From a virus, in IMG/VR virus record IMGVR_UViG_3300034524_000011, positions 11,938 through 75,937 of that record: a DNA stretch of 64,000 bases; one strand, 5' to 3'. The notes under the pieces were generated by a model. The model made no database searches. It saw only the letters and a program-made list of their open reading frames with translations, and was not told where the DNA came from. Made by a program: the position numbers and the translations under genes. Shown piece after piece: positions 1 to 9,399 of the stretch (positions are counted from its first letter, which is position 1; each line of letters opens with the position of its first letter).

Positions 1-156
1 GAGCTCAAGGCCGAATTAGGCAATTATTCAGTGCCGAGCGCAAATCCGGCCGCGATAAGCGGAGACCCATACTTCTACAAAGGAATGATGGATAACCCGA
101 CAGCAGGACGAAAGGAAGGTGGGGGATGTGTATCTCAGGCCAGGAAACCTTTATAA
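1..156 (+). CDS. 3' end of head-tail connector protein (partial; homolog of 56174-56617)
   Basis: Frame encodes ELKAELGNYSVPSANPAAISGDPYFYKGMMDNP, matching the C-terminus of 56174-56617. Confidence 0.8.
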   Translation, partial: ELKAELGNYSVPSANPAAISGDPYFYKGMMDNPTAGRKEGGGCVSQARKPL

Positions 157-475
157 AGACTTTATTGTAGAGAAGAAAGACAGGTCCATAAGCTCACGCG
201 GAAGGGCAAAAAGCGGATATAACGACGAGGGAGAGAAAATAAGAGGCGTCCTGGCCGAGGCCAAACCCCAGGAGAAGGAGAGATGGCGGCAGCTCCAACA
301 TCCTATAAGTCACGTAATAGTCCAAAAAGGGAAACCCAAGGCGGCTCCGGAGGACCGCCTGATTTTTGGAGATAGAATATTCTTCATCCAGGGAGTAGAC
401 GAACCGGGCGCCTTGGGACTTTGGACCATTTACTATGTGGAGGAACGCTTCGATGGCCATGAATATCAAGATTAA
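128..475 (+). CDS. Head-tail adaptor / head-closure protein
   Basis: Neck position, ~115 aa beta-rich protein; GTG at 128 corresponds to ATG at 56589 in copy 2. Confidence 0.7.
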   Translation: MYLRPGNLYKDFIVEKKDRSISSRGRAKSGYNDEGEKIRGVLAEAKPQEKERWRQLQHPISHVIVQKGKPKAAPEDRLIFGDRIFFIQGVDEPGALGLWTIYYVEERFDGHEYQD

Positions 476-944
476 GCCCGAGATAGACAAGATCGTGGAC
501 CAGATAAACTACGAAGCGAAATCCAGAGCTTTCAGGGCCGCCAATGAGCTCCGAAATGCAGCGCTTAATGTCCTACGAGGCCAAAGATCAGGTCGCGTTT
601 ACAAAAGGCCTTTTTCAAGCAGCAGATATACGGCATCAGCGCCAGGAGAACCACCTGCAGCAAGGACCGGTAACCTGCGCTTAAGCTGGAAGACAAGGAC
701 AGGATCGGAGACAGCAGGCAACAGTCTAACGGTAAGGCCTGCAATTATTACTGACGTGAAATATGCCCCAATCCTCGAAAAAGGATTTGACGGCGAAGTT
801 CAGAAGATAAAGAAGCTGAAAAAAGGCGGAACAAAAACCATAGCTTACCATCTCACTATTGAGCCGCGTCCATTCGAGGAGCCGATAATCGAGGCTGCAA
901 AGCCAAAGATTAAACAGATCTACAGCGAGCCATATCTTAAATAA
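453..944 (+). CDS. HK97 gp10-like neck/tail completion protein
   Basis: ASAPGEPPAARTGNLR and KYAPILEKG...PRPF motifs; GGAGG upstream. Confidence 0.75.
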   Translation: MAMNIKIKPEIDKIVDQINYEAKSRAFRAANELRNAALNVLRGQRSGRVYKRPFSSSRYTASAPGEPPAARTGNLRLSWKTRTGSETAGNSLTVRPAIITDVKYAPILEKGFDGEVQKIKKLKKGGTKTIAYHLTIEPRPFEEPIIEAAKPKIKQIYSEPYLK

Positions 945-964
945 ACCAGGGAAGGAGGGAAGCC

Positions 965-1249
965 ATGCCGTTAATAATTGACGCCACAAGCAAAGTGTTT
1001 GATAAAGCCAGCGTGCACAAAGGAGACTTAATCAGAGCGAAGCATGAGACATGGGATGAACCCAGGAATGGGATTGTAACAGCGGTGAGCGATAAAAAGC
1101 TGACCGTTTTATTTTTGCCAGGCCTGGGGAATGTCACGAACTACTTCACGATACTCGCTTCAGAAGTAGCTGCCGGGAAATGGACGGTCAAATGGACTAC
1201 CGACATGGAGACCATCAAAACCGAAGGCACGGCAGGCGATGAACAATGA
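965..1249 (+). CDS. Hypothetical phage protein
   Basis: ORF with RBS, conserved in copy 2. Confidence 0.7.
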   Translation: MPLIIDATSKVFDKASVHKGDLIRAKHETWDEPRNGIVTAVSDKKLTVLFLPGLGNVTNYFTILASEVAAGKWTVKWTTDMETIKTEGTAGDEQ

Positions 1250-2217
1250 CATTGGAAGATTTGATCTATAACCGACTTTTAGCCAGCAAAAACCTCACGG
1301 ACAAGCTGGCCAAGTTCGACAATCTGCCGGCGATTTTCTATCAGGCAGCTCCTGGAGACCAGAACGAAGGCTGGAAAGGCAAAAAGCAGTATCCGAGGAT
1401 TGATTTTGTGGTAGATATGCAGGCCAATCCGGAACGGCAGAGCTCCGGATTAATGACGCTCAATATATGGTGCATTGAATCAGGAATCCCTCCGGAAGAA
1501 ATAGAACCGGAAGTGCGCGCTGCTTTATGCGATGTGTTCATGCAGCCGGCCGAACAGCCTCCGTATTGCCTGGCCTGGGTAAGATCAGACAGCTTCGAAG
1601 TAAGCGCAAACACAATAAAAGGATCCCATGTAAACGGCATAACAGTTCTTTTTGACGTGCTGGCTTTTCCCTGCCAAGAGACAACAGACCCGGATCCCAT
1701 CATGGCCATGAGCGAGTTCATCAAGGAATGGGAGCCGGCCGCTGTATTGATAGGGAGAGACAAGATCCCGGACTATTTCACAGCAGGCAATGACAAGCCT
1801 GCTTTTTATTTCAGGCTTGCGACTTTAGAGCTGGCCCAGGAAACAAATACAGTGGCATGGATGCACGGGACCATAGCTGGACATGTGTTTGCTCCATCCG
1901 CAGAAGCAAGGCTGCAATGGCTTAAATACCTCGTAGACACGCTGGCAACCCAGGGAGAGGTTACAATGCTGGACACATCTCCCATGTTTATACGAAGCAT
2001 AAGGGCCGACAGCGCGGCCAATTACCTTATAACAGGACAACTTCGAATAAATGTTCGGTTTGGCATACTCCGCAGACCGAAATATTCACATGTGCTGGCA
2101 AAGACGAATATCCCGCGTGAGAAACTGGAGGAAAAGGTAAATGTCAACGTAGCGCCGCAGCCAACTGCAGGATATACGGTCGAATATAAGCTCGCAGGAA
2201 CAGATTATGAGGAATAG
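1246..2217 (+). CDS. Tail completion/terminator-like protein
   Basis: Position just before the sheath; conserved in copy 2 except a 27-aa C-terminal segment. Confidence 0.6.
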   Translation: MTLEDLIYNRLLASKNLTDKLAKFDNLPAIFYQAAPGDQNEGWKGKKQYPRIDFVVDMQANPERQSSGLMTLNIWCIESGIPPEEIEPEVRAALCDVFMQPAEQPPYCLAWVRSDSFEVSANTIKGSHVNGITVLFDVLAFPCQETTDPDPIMAMSEFIKEWEPAAVLIGRDKIPDYFTAGNDKPAFYFRLATLELAQETNTVAWMHGTIAGHVFAPSAEARLQWLKYLVDTLATQGEVTMLDTSPMFIRSIRADSAANYLITGQLRINVRFGILRRPKYSHVLAKTNIPREKLEEKVNVNVAPQPTAGYTVEYKLAGTDYEE

Positions 2218-2228
2218 GAGGTTATTCT

Positions 2229-2456
2229 ATGGCTGGCAAAACCGAAAACATCAAGAAGACCAGCTCCGAGGAGCAGATAATCCAGGAGCCCGAATACACA
2301 GCCGAAGAGCTCGCTGCAGCATCAGAAAAGGTATTCGGGAAAAAGGTCTTGCCTGAATGCGTAATAGCTGCCTTCCGCGTGGCGGGCATCACAAAGGCCA
2401 CAAAAACACAGGCAGCAAAAATAGTAAAAGATTTCATGACGAAGGAGGTCAAGTAA
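2229..2456 (+). CDS. YqzN/YkzM-like small protein
   Basis: 75 aa ending IVKDFMTKEVK directly before the sheath, as in PBSX/skin-type tail operons. Confidence 0.6.
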   Translation: MAGKTENIKKTSSEEQIIQEPEYTAEELAAASEKVFGKKVLPECVIAAFRVAGITKATKTQAAKIVKDFMTKEVK

Positions 2457-2457
2457 C

Positions 2458-3870
2458 ATGGCAGGAGTTTTCACAATAGGTGAAAAGAAAGTCCGCCCTG
2501 GCGTCTATACCAGATATGAGAACGCCGGCGGCGTATCGCTGGCCGGAGCCGTAAACGGTATAGGCGCAGTAGTTATCAGGGCAAACTGGGGACCGCTCAA
2601 CAAGCTTGTAGAACTTGACAGCCCCAGCGCGGCAGCTTCCACCTTTGGAACAGAGCTCACCGTGGATGCAATCACAGAAATGTTCAACGGAGGCTGCAGC
2701 AAAGTAAAAGCAGTAAGAGCCGGTACCGGTGGAACAGCCGCAACAATAACCTTGAAAGACAGTGCTTCAGCTGACGTGGTAAAGATCACCGCAAAATATG
2801 TCGGAGACCGTCCGTTCAGCGTAACCATCAGGGATAGCTTACTGAACGATGATAAACGCGAATGCATCATCTATTCAGGGACCGCAGAATTTGAAAAGGT
2901 GGAGTTTACAAAAGGCTCAACCGGAGCAGGAGAACCTGAAGCTCTCGTGGCAGCATTTGCCAACAGCAAGAACTTCACAGCAGAAAAGCTCGCCGATGGA
3001 AACAAGTTACTGGCAACAGTAGCACAGGCGGCCATGACACCAGGAACCAATCCGACAGTAACCAACGCCGAATACAGCGCAGCGCTTAATGTTCTGGAAG
3101 CTGGCAAGTGGAACGTGCTGTGCGTAGACACATCAGATACAGCAGTTCATGCACTGGTTCAATCATTTATCCAGAGGATCTACCTCGCAGGAGCTACATC
3201 GATGGCCTGCATAGCAGAGACAAAGGACGTGGACCTCGACACCAGAATGAACCATGCTGCAGCTTTCAACGACGAGAAAATAATCTACGTCTTGAACCCG
3301 GCATATGACGCCAGTGGCAACCTTTATGACGGATACAAGCTGGCAGCCAGGATCGGTGGCATGATAGCAGCCGCAGCTTCCAACACAAGCCTGACCCACA
3401 CCGTGGTAAACGGCTTTGTTTCTCTTGCAGAGCCGCTGACAAATAGCCAGATTGAGAAGGCACTGCAAAAAGGCTGCCTCGTTCTCACAGTTAACGCAAG
3501 CGACCAGATCTGGATAGAGAGCGCCATCAACACCCTGGTAACACCAAGCGGCAACCAGGATGAAGGCTGGAAGAAAATCCGCAGGACCAAGACCAGGTTT
3601 GAGCTCATCGAAAGGATCGTAGCAACCACCGATCCATTGATCGGCAAGATAAACAACGACAGTGACGGAAGAGCAACATTCATAGCTGCGGCCCAGGGAG
3701 TAGTTAACGCCATGATCGGCGAGAAGAAACTCCTGGACGGTACCGTTTACGAGGATCCGCTCAATCCACCTGCAGGAGACAGCGCATGGTTTGTAATTGC
3801 TGTTGACGACATCGACAGCATAGAAAAGGCATATCTGACCTTCAAGTTCAGATTTTCGCCTGAATCTTAA
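2458..3870 (+). CDS. Contractile tail sheath protein (XkdK-like)
   Basis: N-terminal GEKKVRPGVY, ANWGP, INTL...WKKIRR motifs; 470 aa. Confidence 0.93.
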   Translation: MAGVFTIGEKKVRPGVYTRYENAGGVSLAGAVNGIGAVVIRANWGPLNKLVELDSPSAAASTFGTELTVDAITEMFNGGCSKVKAVRAGTGGTAATITLKDSASADVVKITAKYVGDRPFSVTIRDSLLNDDKRECIIYSGTAEFEKVEFTKGSTGAGEPEALVAAFANSKNFTAEKLADGNKLLATVAQAAMTPGTNPTVTNAEYSAALNVLEAGKWNVLCVDTSDTAVHALVQSFIQRIYLAGATSMACIAETKDVDLDTRMNHAAAFNDEKIIYVLNPAYDASGNLYDGYKLAARIGGMIAAAASNTSLTHTVVNGFVSLAEPLTNSQIEKALQKGCLVLTVNASDQIWIESAINTLVTPSGNQDEGWKKIRRTKTRFELIERIVATTDPLIGKINNDSDGRATFIAAAQGVVNAMIGEKKLLDGTVYEDPLNPPAGDSAWFVIAVDDIDSIEKAYLTFKFRFSPES

Positions 3871-3886
3871 GGAAGGAGGATAAGGT

Positions 3887-4342
3887 ATGTTAAATAACAG
3901 AGCACCGATTGACGCCAGGAAAGTATTGACCGGGAAAGATGGCGCACTTTATAACGACGAGGGCGTCATGCTGGCCACCGTTGAAACATTCCAGACCCAG
4001 GTCAATGTGACAAATGCTAAATATCAGCCGCTGGGAGACGCACAAGAGCATGAAGTGTTCCAGGCCTACGGCGTGACCCTAACCTTCACAGAAGTAGTAA
4101 TCGCAGACGAGCGCTTCATCCAGGAGCTGTTCGAAGGAATGAAGACCGGAGTAATGCCGGCTTGGAATTTCCAAGGCGTGGTAAAGGGACGCAACGGAAG
4201 CGAACAGCGCATGATTTACAGACAGTGCGTACCAAGCGGCACTATAGATCTGCAGAACCTTTCCGTGGGAGACACCATCAAGAGAGCTTGGAGCCTCTTT
4301 GTCAACGATCCTCCGGAATTGCAGAGCTTGTTAACCGCCTAA
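3887..4342 (+). CDS. Tail tube protein (XkdM-like)
   Basis: 151 aa directly after the sheath; identical protein in copy 2. Confidence 0.88.
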   Translation: MLNNRAPIDARKVLTGKDGALYNDEGVMLATVETFQTQVNVTNAKYQPLGDAQEHEVFQAYGVTLTFTEVVIADERFIQELFEGMKTGVMPAWNFQGVVKGRNGSEQRMIYRQCVPSGTIDLQNLSVGDTIKRAWSLFVNDPPELQSLLTA

Positions 4343-4393
4343 TACGCAGCCTAATACGCAATGGAGGCGTGCAGGCATATAACCAAATATTGA

Positions 4394-4427
4394 TGGCCGT
4401 CCTGCACACCAGGGCGGCCAATTTTTT
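4394..4427 (+). terminator. Putative intrinsic terminator after the tube gene (also at 60774-60807)
   Basis: tggccgtcctg-cacac-cagggcggcca followed by a T-run. Confidence 0.6.
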
Positions 4428-4449
4428 AATTTAAGGAGGTTATGAAATC

Positions 4450-4965
4450 ATGGCAAACGATAAAATCGAAAAAACCAAAATCGAAGAGATCGAGCTTACT
4501 GAAGAGGAGAACAAAGGCCAGTTAAGGGCATACGAGGACGATATCCTCAAAGGCTTGTTGGCGGCCGCAAACTTCAAGGCCGAGGAAGACAATATTCAAA
4601 CCATCGAGATCGCAAGAAACGGCGTGGTTCTCTTTAAATTCCGCATCCGCCCATTGACCGAGGAAGAGTACCAGAACTGCAAAGAGAAGTACACGAAATA
4701 CGTCAGAAACAAGCAACTTGGCATTAAATTCCCTGAATACACCGACACTGTAAGATACAGAAGTGCCTTGATTTACCAGGCAACCATAGAGGAAGACAGG
4801 GCAAAGATCTGGGACAACAAGAGCGCATGGAAAGCCTTAAATGTGCTCAATGGTGTGGACCTTATAGACAAGACCCTGCTTGCCGGAGAGAAGGACGCTG
4901 TGCTTGAACTTATCGACAAAATCAGCGGTTATTCAGTCACTGCGGAGGAAACAGCAAAAAACTAA
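4450..4965 (+). CDS. Tail assembly chaperone (XkdN-like); -1 frameshift extension to 5126
   Basis: Lies between tube and TMP; ends GCA AAA AAC TAA with an open -1 frame. Confidence 0.88.
   Translation: MANDKIEKTKIEEIELTEEENKGQLRAYEDDILKGLLAAANFKAEEDNIQTIEIARNGVVLFKFRIRPLTEEEYQNCKEKYTKYVRNKQLGIKFPEYTDTVRYRSALIYQATIEEDRAKIWDNKSAWKALNVLNGVDLIDKTLLAGEKDAVLELIDKISGYSVTAEETAKN
4956..4962 (+). other. Programmed -1 frameshift slippery site A AAA AAC
   Basis: X XXY YYZ heptamer before the stop; -1 frame open to TGA at 5124-5126; conserved in copy 2. Confidence 0.8.
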
Positions 4966-5133
4966 TAAAAGCCGGAGGAATGGCCACTTTACTCCATCAC
5001 ATATTCCAGCGGATGGGCATTCCTCCGGACGAGGTTATGGCCAAACCGCCAGGAGTGAGAGCTTTCATGTTAGCCTCTATGCGCGTGCAGCTTGAGGAAG
5101 AGAATAACGAAGGAGAGGAGGATTGATTGATGG

Positions 5134-8100
5134 ATGGCAGCTGAAACATTTCGCATTGAGATACCTATCCACGTCGAGGATAAGACAGATCCTGGCGTCT
5201 CCCAGGCAACACGGAAGATAAATAAATTTGACGAGGCCAACCAGAGGACGCAGGAACGGCTAAACCAGATGAATAAAACAAAATATCAGGTCGTCCTTGA
5301 CGCGCTGGATAGGGCGTCAAGCATTGTCGGTAAAGTTTCATCAAAAGCACGCAGCATAGCAGGTAAGACGTTTAGCTTTACGATGAAAGTAATCGACTTG
5401 GCCACGGCGCCATTAAGAGCCTTATGGAATTTCGCGACATCCATACAAGGCGCCATACTCGGCGCTACCGGTGCATTTGCCGGTATTTATAAACCGATGG
5501 AAATAGCCGCAGATTTTGAGCAAACGCAGATTGCATTTGAAACCATGCTAAAAAGCGCCGAGAAAGCAGAGAAATTCCTGAAGGAAGCGTCAGAATTCGC
5601 AAATAAAACACCGTTTGAATTCCCGGAACTGATCAACAGCAGTAAGCTGCTAATGGCCTTCGGATTTGAAGCCGATAAGGTGCTGGATATGCTAAAGACC
5701 ATAGGTGATACTGCCAGCGGCCTGGGAGCTGGATCGGAGGGAATAGACAGAATCACAAGAGCCCTCGGTCAGATGCGGGCCAAGGGACGAGCACAAACAG
5801 AAGAACTCTTGCAGCTCCAGGAACTCGGCGTGCCGGCTAACCAAATCCTGCAGGAAGAGCTCGGTCTCACCGGAGAGCAGGTAGCAAACATCGGTAAAGA
5901 AAGCATAGAAGCATCAAAGGTTATAGAGGCATTGCTGCGAGGAATGGAAAAGCGCTTCGGAGGCATGATGGACAACCAATCCAGGACGGCCAAAGGTATG
6001 ATATCAACCCTTAAGGACACTCTCGAAAATTCACTTTTAAGACCATGGGGACAAGGTCTATGGGAAGGTATAAAGCCGGGACTTGAAAGGATCACAACCT
6101 GGATAGATGAGAACCAGGATATCATCGCAGAATGGGGAGAAGCCTGGAAGAAAGCAGGAGCAAATATCTCCAAATGGGTAATGGTCAGAGTAGATGGATT
6201 GAGAAACAGCATACAGCGTATGGTTAACTCCCAGGAGTGGAAAGACGCCAAAAACTTCGGAGAAAAGCTGAAGATAGCATGGGATCAGATAATAGCGCAG
6301 CCATTCAACGAATGGTGGAATTCAACCGGCAAAGCCTGGCTTGCAGATAAAGCCAGTAAGATAGGCGAAGGAATAGGAACTGCACTCTCCGCAGGATTAC
6401 TGACCATACTCGGAATAGACGCAAAAGGCGCTGTAGAGGAAGGGACCAGCATAGGTGCTTCATTTGCTGAAGGCTTCAAAAAGGGATTTGATGGGAAGAA
6501 GGTAGGAGAGGCACTCCTGAATGCTATAAAGGGAGTATTTAAAGATGCGGCAACGCTACTCCCAGGAGGAGAGGAAGCAAGCTCAACGTCCTGGCTGTCG
6601 GCTGGAGCAATAGTTCTCGCAATGCAAAAGCTCGGAATTTTCAAGCTGTTAGGCAAAGGCGGTAAAGGATTAATTAACCTCTTTGGCAAAGGCAGTAAAA
6701 GCGGAGCACCGGATACAACTGGAATACCATCGGCTTATGGAACAGACACCGTTTATATGACAGCTTCAATAGTTTATATTTACGGGAAGACAATCCAGGG
6801 TCCAGGAGGATCCCCAACAGGTGGCTCGCCGTTAGGAGGATATCCTTCACTGCCAACAGCAGGAAAAACCCCGTCATTGCCGCCGGCCGGAGGTTCGCCT
6901 TTAGCACTTCCGGGAGCTGCAGGAGCAGCGGGTAAAGCATTAAATACAGTGCAGCTGTCCAACGGAACTTATGTAGTCACAGGCGGAGCATTAGCAACCG
7001 GACTGGCCAAGACTGGCGTAGCGCTTGGCAGCGGAGCAACAACTGCAGGTGGAGCCATAGCAGCCGGAGCTTCAAGCGTACTGGGAGGCGCTTTCGGTAT
7101 TGCTGGACTTGGAGCCGGAGCAATAGACATCTACCAGGGCACAAAGAAAACCGGAAAAGAGGCCAAGGACGAATACTTCCAAGGCGGAACCAAGATAGGT
7201 ATGGTAGGAGCAGGCGCCGGCATAGGAGCTGCGGTAGGTTCCGTGGTACCGGTAATAGGAACCGGCGTAGGAGCTCTTGTAGGAGCAGGAATCGGTGGAG
7301 TGGCCGCACTTTTCACCGGAGATAAAGCAGGTAAAGCCTTATCGGACGCAACAGACAAAGACGGAGCTTTATCAAAGTTCTGGGAAAACACAAAGCAATG
7401 GGCAAGCAACACATGGGACTCCATCAAGACCGGAGCTTCAAACGCCGGATCCTGGGTGGCCGAGAAGTGGAACGCGGCTGGAGATTGGATCAGCAACAAA
7501 TGGAGCAGCTTCAGCGACTGGTTCGACACTTCGGTATGGACCCCGGTAAAAGACGTCGGAATATCGGCCATTAACATAGCAGCCGGCGCATGGAGTGAAG
7601 TCAGAGACTGGGTAGGAGAGAAATGGATCGATTTCTCCGCATGGTTCGACGAAAGCGTATGGACTCCGGTAAAAGACGCGGCGCAAGCTGCAGGTGAATG
7701 GGTAAGCCAGAGATGGGATGAAGCCAGGACGTGGATCGGAGACAGATGGTCTGATTTTTCTTCCTGGTTTGACGAATCCATATGGACCCCAGTAAGCAAT
7801 GCAGCGCAGGCAGCCGGCCAATGGGTAAGTGACCGCTGGAACGAGGCAAGGACATGGATAGGCGAACGCTGGTCCGACTTTTCAACATGGTTTGAAGAGA
7901 GCATATGGACCCCGGTCAAAACAGGAGCCCAGGCGGCAGGTCAGTGGGTAAGCGAAAGATGGAGCGAGGCCAAGGCCTGGGTAAGCGAGACATGGGGAAC
8001 TGTAAGCACCTGGTTTGATGAAACGGTATGGCAGCCGGTAAAAAGCGCAGCACTGACAGCCGGAGCATGGCTGGGAGATCAGTTCACAGCGGCAAAGAAC

Positions 8101-8724
8101 GCCATAAGCGAGGCCTGGTCCGGAGTATCCGACTGGTTCTCAAATAACGTATGGGAGCCCATCAAGAACGGAGCAACCAAAGCATGGGAATGGGTAGGCG
8201 AGAAGCTCGGCGGCATTGGCGAATGGATCGGAGACCTGGGCCAAAAAGGCTCAAAGGAAACCGGCCTGACAACCAGCAAGGGCAAAGGCAGTATCCTCGA
8301 ACATGCATACGGCGGAATTATGACAAAACCGCACATGGGCATCGTGGCCGAGGACGGAGCCGAAAGCCTTATCCCGTTAAGCCCAAGCAAGAGACAAAGA
8401 GGCCTTGATTTATGGCAGCGGACCGGTGAACTTCTCGGAGTCAGGGCCTACGAAGACGGCGGAATAGTAGGTGAGGAACCGGACGAAATTCCGGTAGCTC
8501 CTGCAACCGGAAAAACTGGCCAGAACATAACCGTAAAAGTGGAAGTCAAAGCAGAACCTAAATTCGTGATTGAAGGCAGCGGAGATAACACTGACGAAAA
8601 CAAAGTGGTGGCCATATTGAAAGCCTATATCCGTGAAATGACCGACGACATAGGAGACGAGCTGGCAGAGAGACTGGCCCGCATTTTTGCAAATATGCCG
8701 GTGAAAGGAGGAGCTGAAGCGTAA
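5134..8724 (+). CDS. Tail tape measure protein
   Basis: 1196 aa; tape-measure domain (FANKTPFEF), Gly/Ala-rich hydrophobic stretch, Trp-rich ~40-aa repeats. Confidence 0.93.
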   Translation: MAAETFRIEIPIHVEDKTDPGVSQATRKINKFDEANQRTQERLNQMNKTKYQVVLDALDRASSIVGKVSSKARSIAGKTFSFTMKVIDLATAPLRALWNFATSIQGAILGATGAFAGIYKPMEIAADFEQTQIAFETMLKSAEKAEKFLKEASEFANKTPFEFPELINSSKLLMAFGFEADKVLDMLKTIGDTASGLGAGSEGIDRITRALGQMRAKGRAQTEELLQLQELGVPANQILQEELGLTGEQVANIGKESIEASKVIEALLRGMEKRFGGMMDNQSRTAKGMISTLKDTLENSLLRPWGQGLWEGIKPGLERITTWIDENQDIIAEWGEAWKKAGANISKWVMVRVDGLRNSIQRMVNSQEWKDAKNFGEKLKIAWDQIIAQPFNEWWNSTGKAWLADKASKIGEGIGTALSAGLLTILGIDAKGAVEEGTSIGASFAEGFKKGFDGKKVGEALLNAIKGVFKDAATLLPGGEEASSTSWLSAGAIVLAMQKLGIFKLLGKGGKGLINLFGKGSKSGAPDTTGIPSAYGTDTVYMTASIVYIYGKTIQGPGGSPTGGSPLGGYPSLPTAGKTPSLPPAGGSPLALPGAAGAAGKALNTVQLSNGTYVVTGGALATGLAKTGVALGSGATTAGGAIAAGASSVLGGAFGIAGLGAGAIDIYQGTKKTGKEAKDEYFQGGTKIGMVGAGAGIGAAVGSVVPVIGTGVGALVGAGIGGVAALFTGDKAGKALSDATDKDGALSKFWENTKQWASNTWDSIKTGASNAGSWVAEKWNAAGDWISNKWSSFSDWFDTSVWTPVKDVGISAINIAAGAWSEVRDWVGEKWIDFSAWFDESVWTPVKDAAQAAGEWVSQRWDEARTWIGDRWSDFSSWFDESIWTPVSNAAQAAGQWVSDRWNEARTWIGERWSDFSTWFEESIWTPVKTGAQAAGQWVSERWSEAKAWVSETWGTVSTWFDETVWQPVKSAALTAGAWLGDQFTAAKNAISEAWSGVSDWFSNNVWEPIKNGATKAWEWVGEKLGGIGEWIGDLGQKGSKETGLTTSKGKGSILEHAYGGIMTKPHMGIVAEDGAESLIPLSPSKRQRGLDLWQRTGELLGVRAYEDGGIVGEEPDEIPVAPATGKTGQNITVKVEVKAEPKFVIEGSGDNTDENKVVAILKAYIREMTDDIGDELAERLARIFANMPVKGGAEA

Positions 8725-9386
8725 TGGATATATACCTCACTGAAATAGAAACAGGAGCAAGGCTGGCGCTTTCCATGCTCCCCGAAAAAACAAAGCAAGA
8801 AGGCGACGCTGCATTCCAGGTTTATGACATTATCAATGTCGGGGAGGTAAGGATCCCGAAGGGTACCAACCTTTTAACCTTCTCGTGGAGCGGTACCCTC
8901 CCCGGCAAAAGCCGAAGGAACGCCAGCTATGTAAAATCCCAATACTGGCAAAGCCCGGAGGAGATCCAGAACATATGGGAAAGATGGCGTAAAGAAGGCA
9001 CCAAAATAAGGCTCATGGTCACAGAGACACCAATCAACCACGATGTATACCTGGACAGTTACACTGCAGAGGCCGCCGGAGGAAACGGCGACTACGAGTA
9101 CACAATCACCTTTATTGAAGCAAAGCCTATAGAGGTTTACACGGTAAACGAGCTGAACATCAAGCCCAAAACGCAGACAAATAAGACGAGCACATCAACT
9201 CGGCCTCCGGCAGCAAAAGCTGCAGCCAAGACTTATACCGTTAAAAGTGGAGATAGTCTCTGGAAAATTGCACAAGTGACCCTTGGCAAGGGCGGAAGGT
9301 ATATGGAGATTTACAACCTGAACAAAGACAAGCTGAAAAACCCAAATCTAATATACCCGGGACAAGTCCTAACGCTGCCGAGTTAG
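8724..9386 (+). CDS. LysM-domain tail protein (XkdP-like)
   Basis: C-terminal LysM: TYTVKSGDSLWKIA...NPNLIYPGQVLTLP. Confidence 0.9.
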   Translation: MDIYLTEIETGARLALSMLPEKTKQEGDAAFQVYDIINVGEVRIPKGTNLLTFSWSGTLPGKSRRNASYVKSQYWQSPEEIQNIWERWRKEGTKIRLMVTETPINHDVYLDSYTAEAAGGNGDYEYTITFIEAKPIEVYTVNELNIKPKTQTNKTSTSTRPPAAKAAAKTYTVKSGDSLWKIAQVTLGKGGRYMEIYNLNKDKLKNPNLIYPGQVLTLPS

Positions 9387-9399
9387 GAGGTGAAGAGCC

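Larger units (their letters stand above)
1..7633 (+). repeat. Copy 1 of a ~7.6 kb diverged direct repeat (neck/tail module); copy 2 at 56465-64000
   Basis: Gene-for-gene homology at offset ~56.4 kb; tube proteins identical; many synonymous changes; small in-frame indels. Confidence 0.97.

Noticed and set aside
4339-4361. CCTAATACGCA direct repeat after the tube gene (both copies)
   Set aside because: Only two units; no function can be supported.
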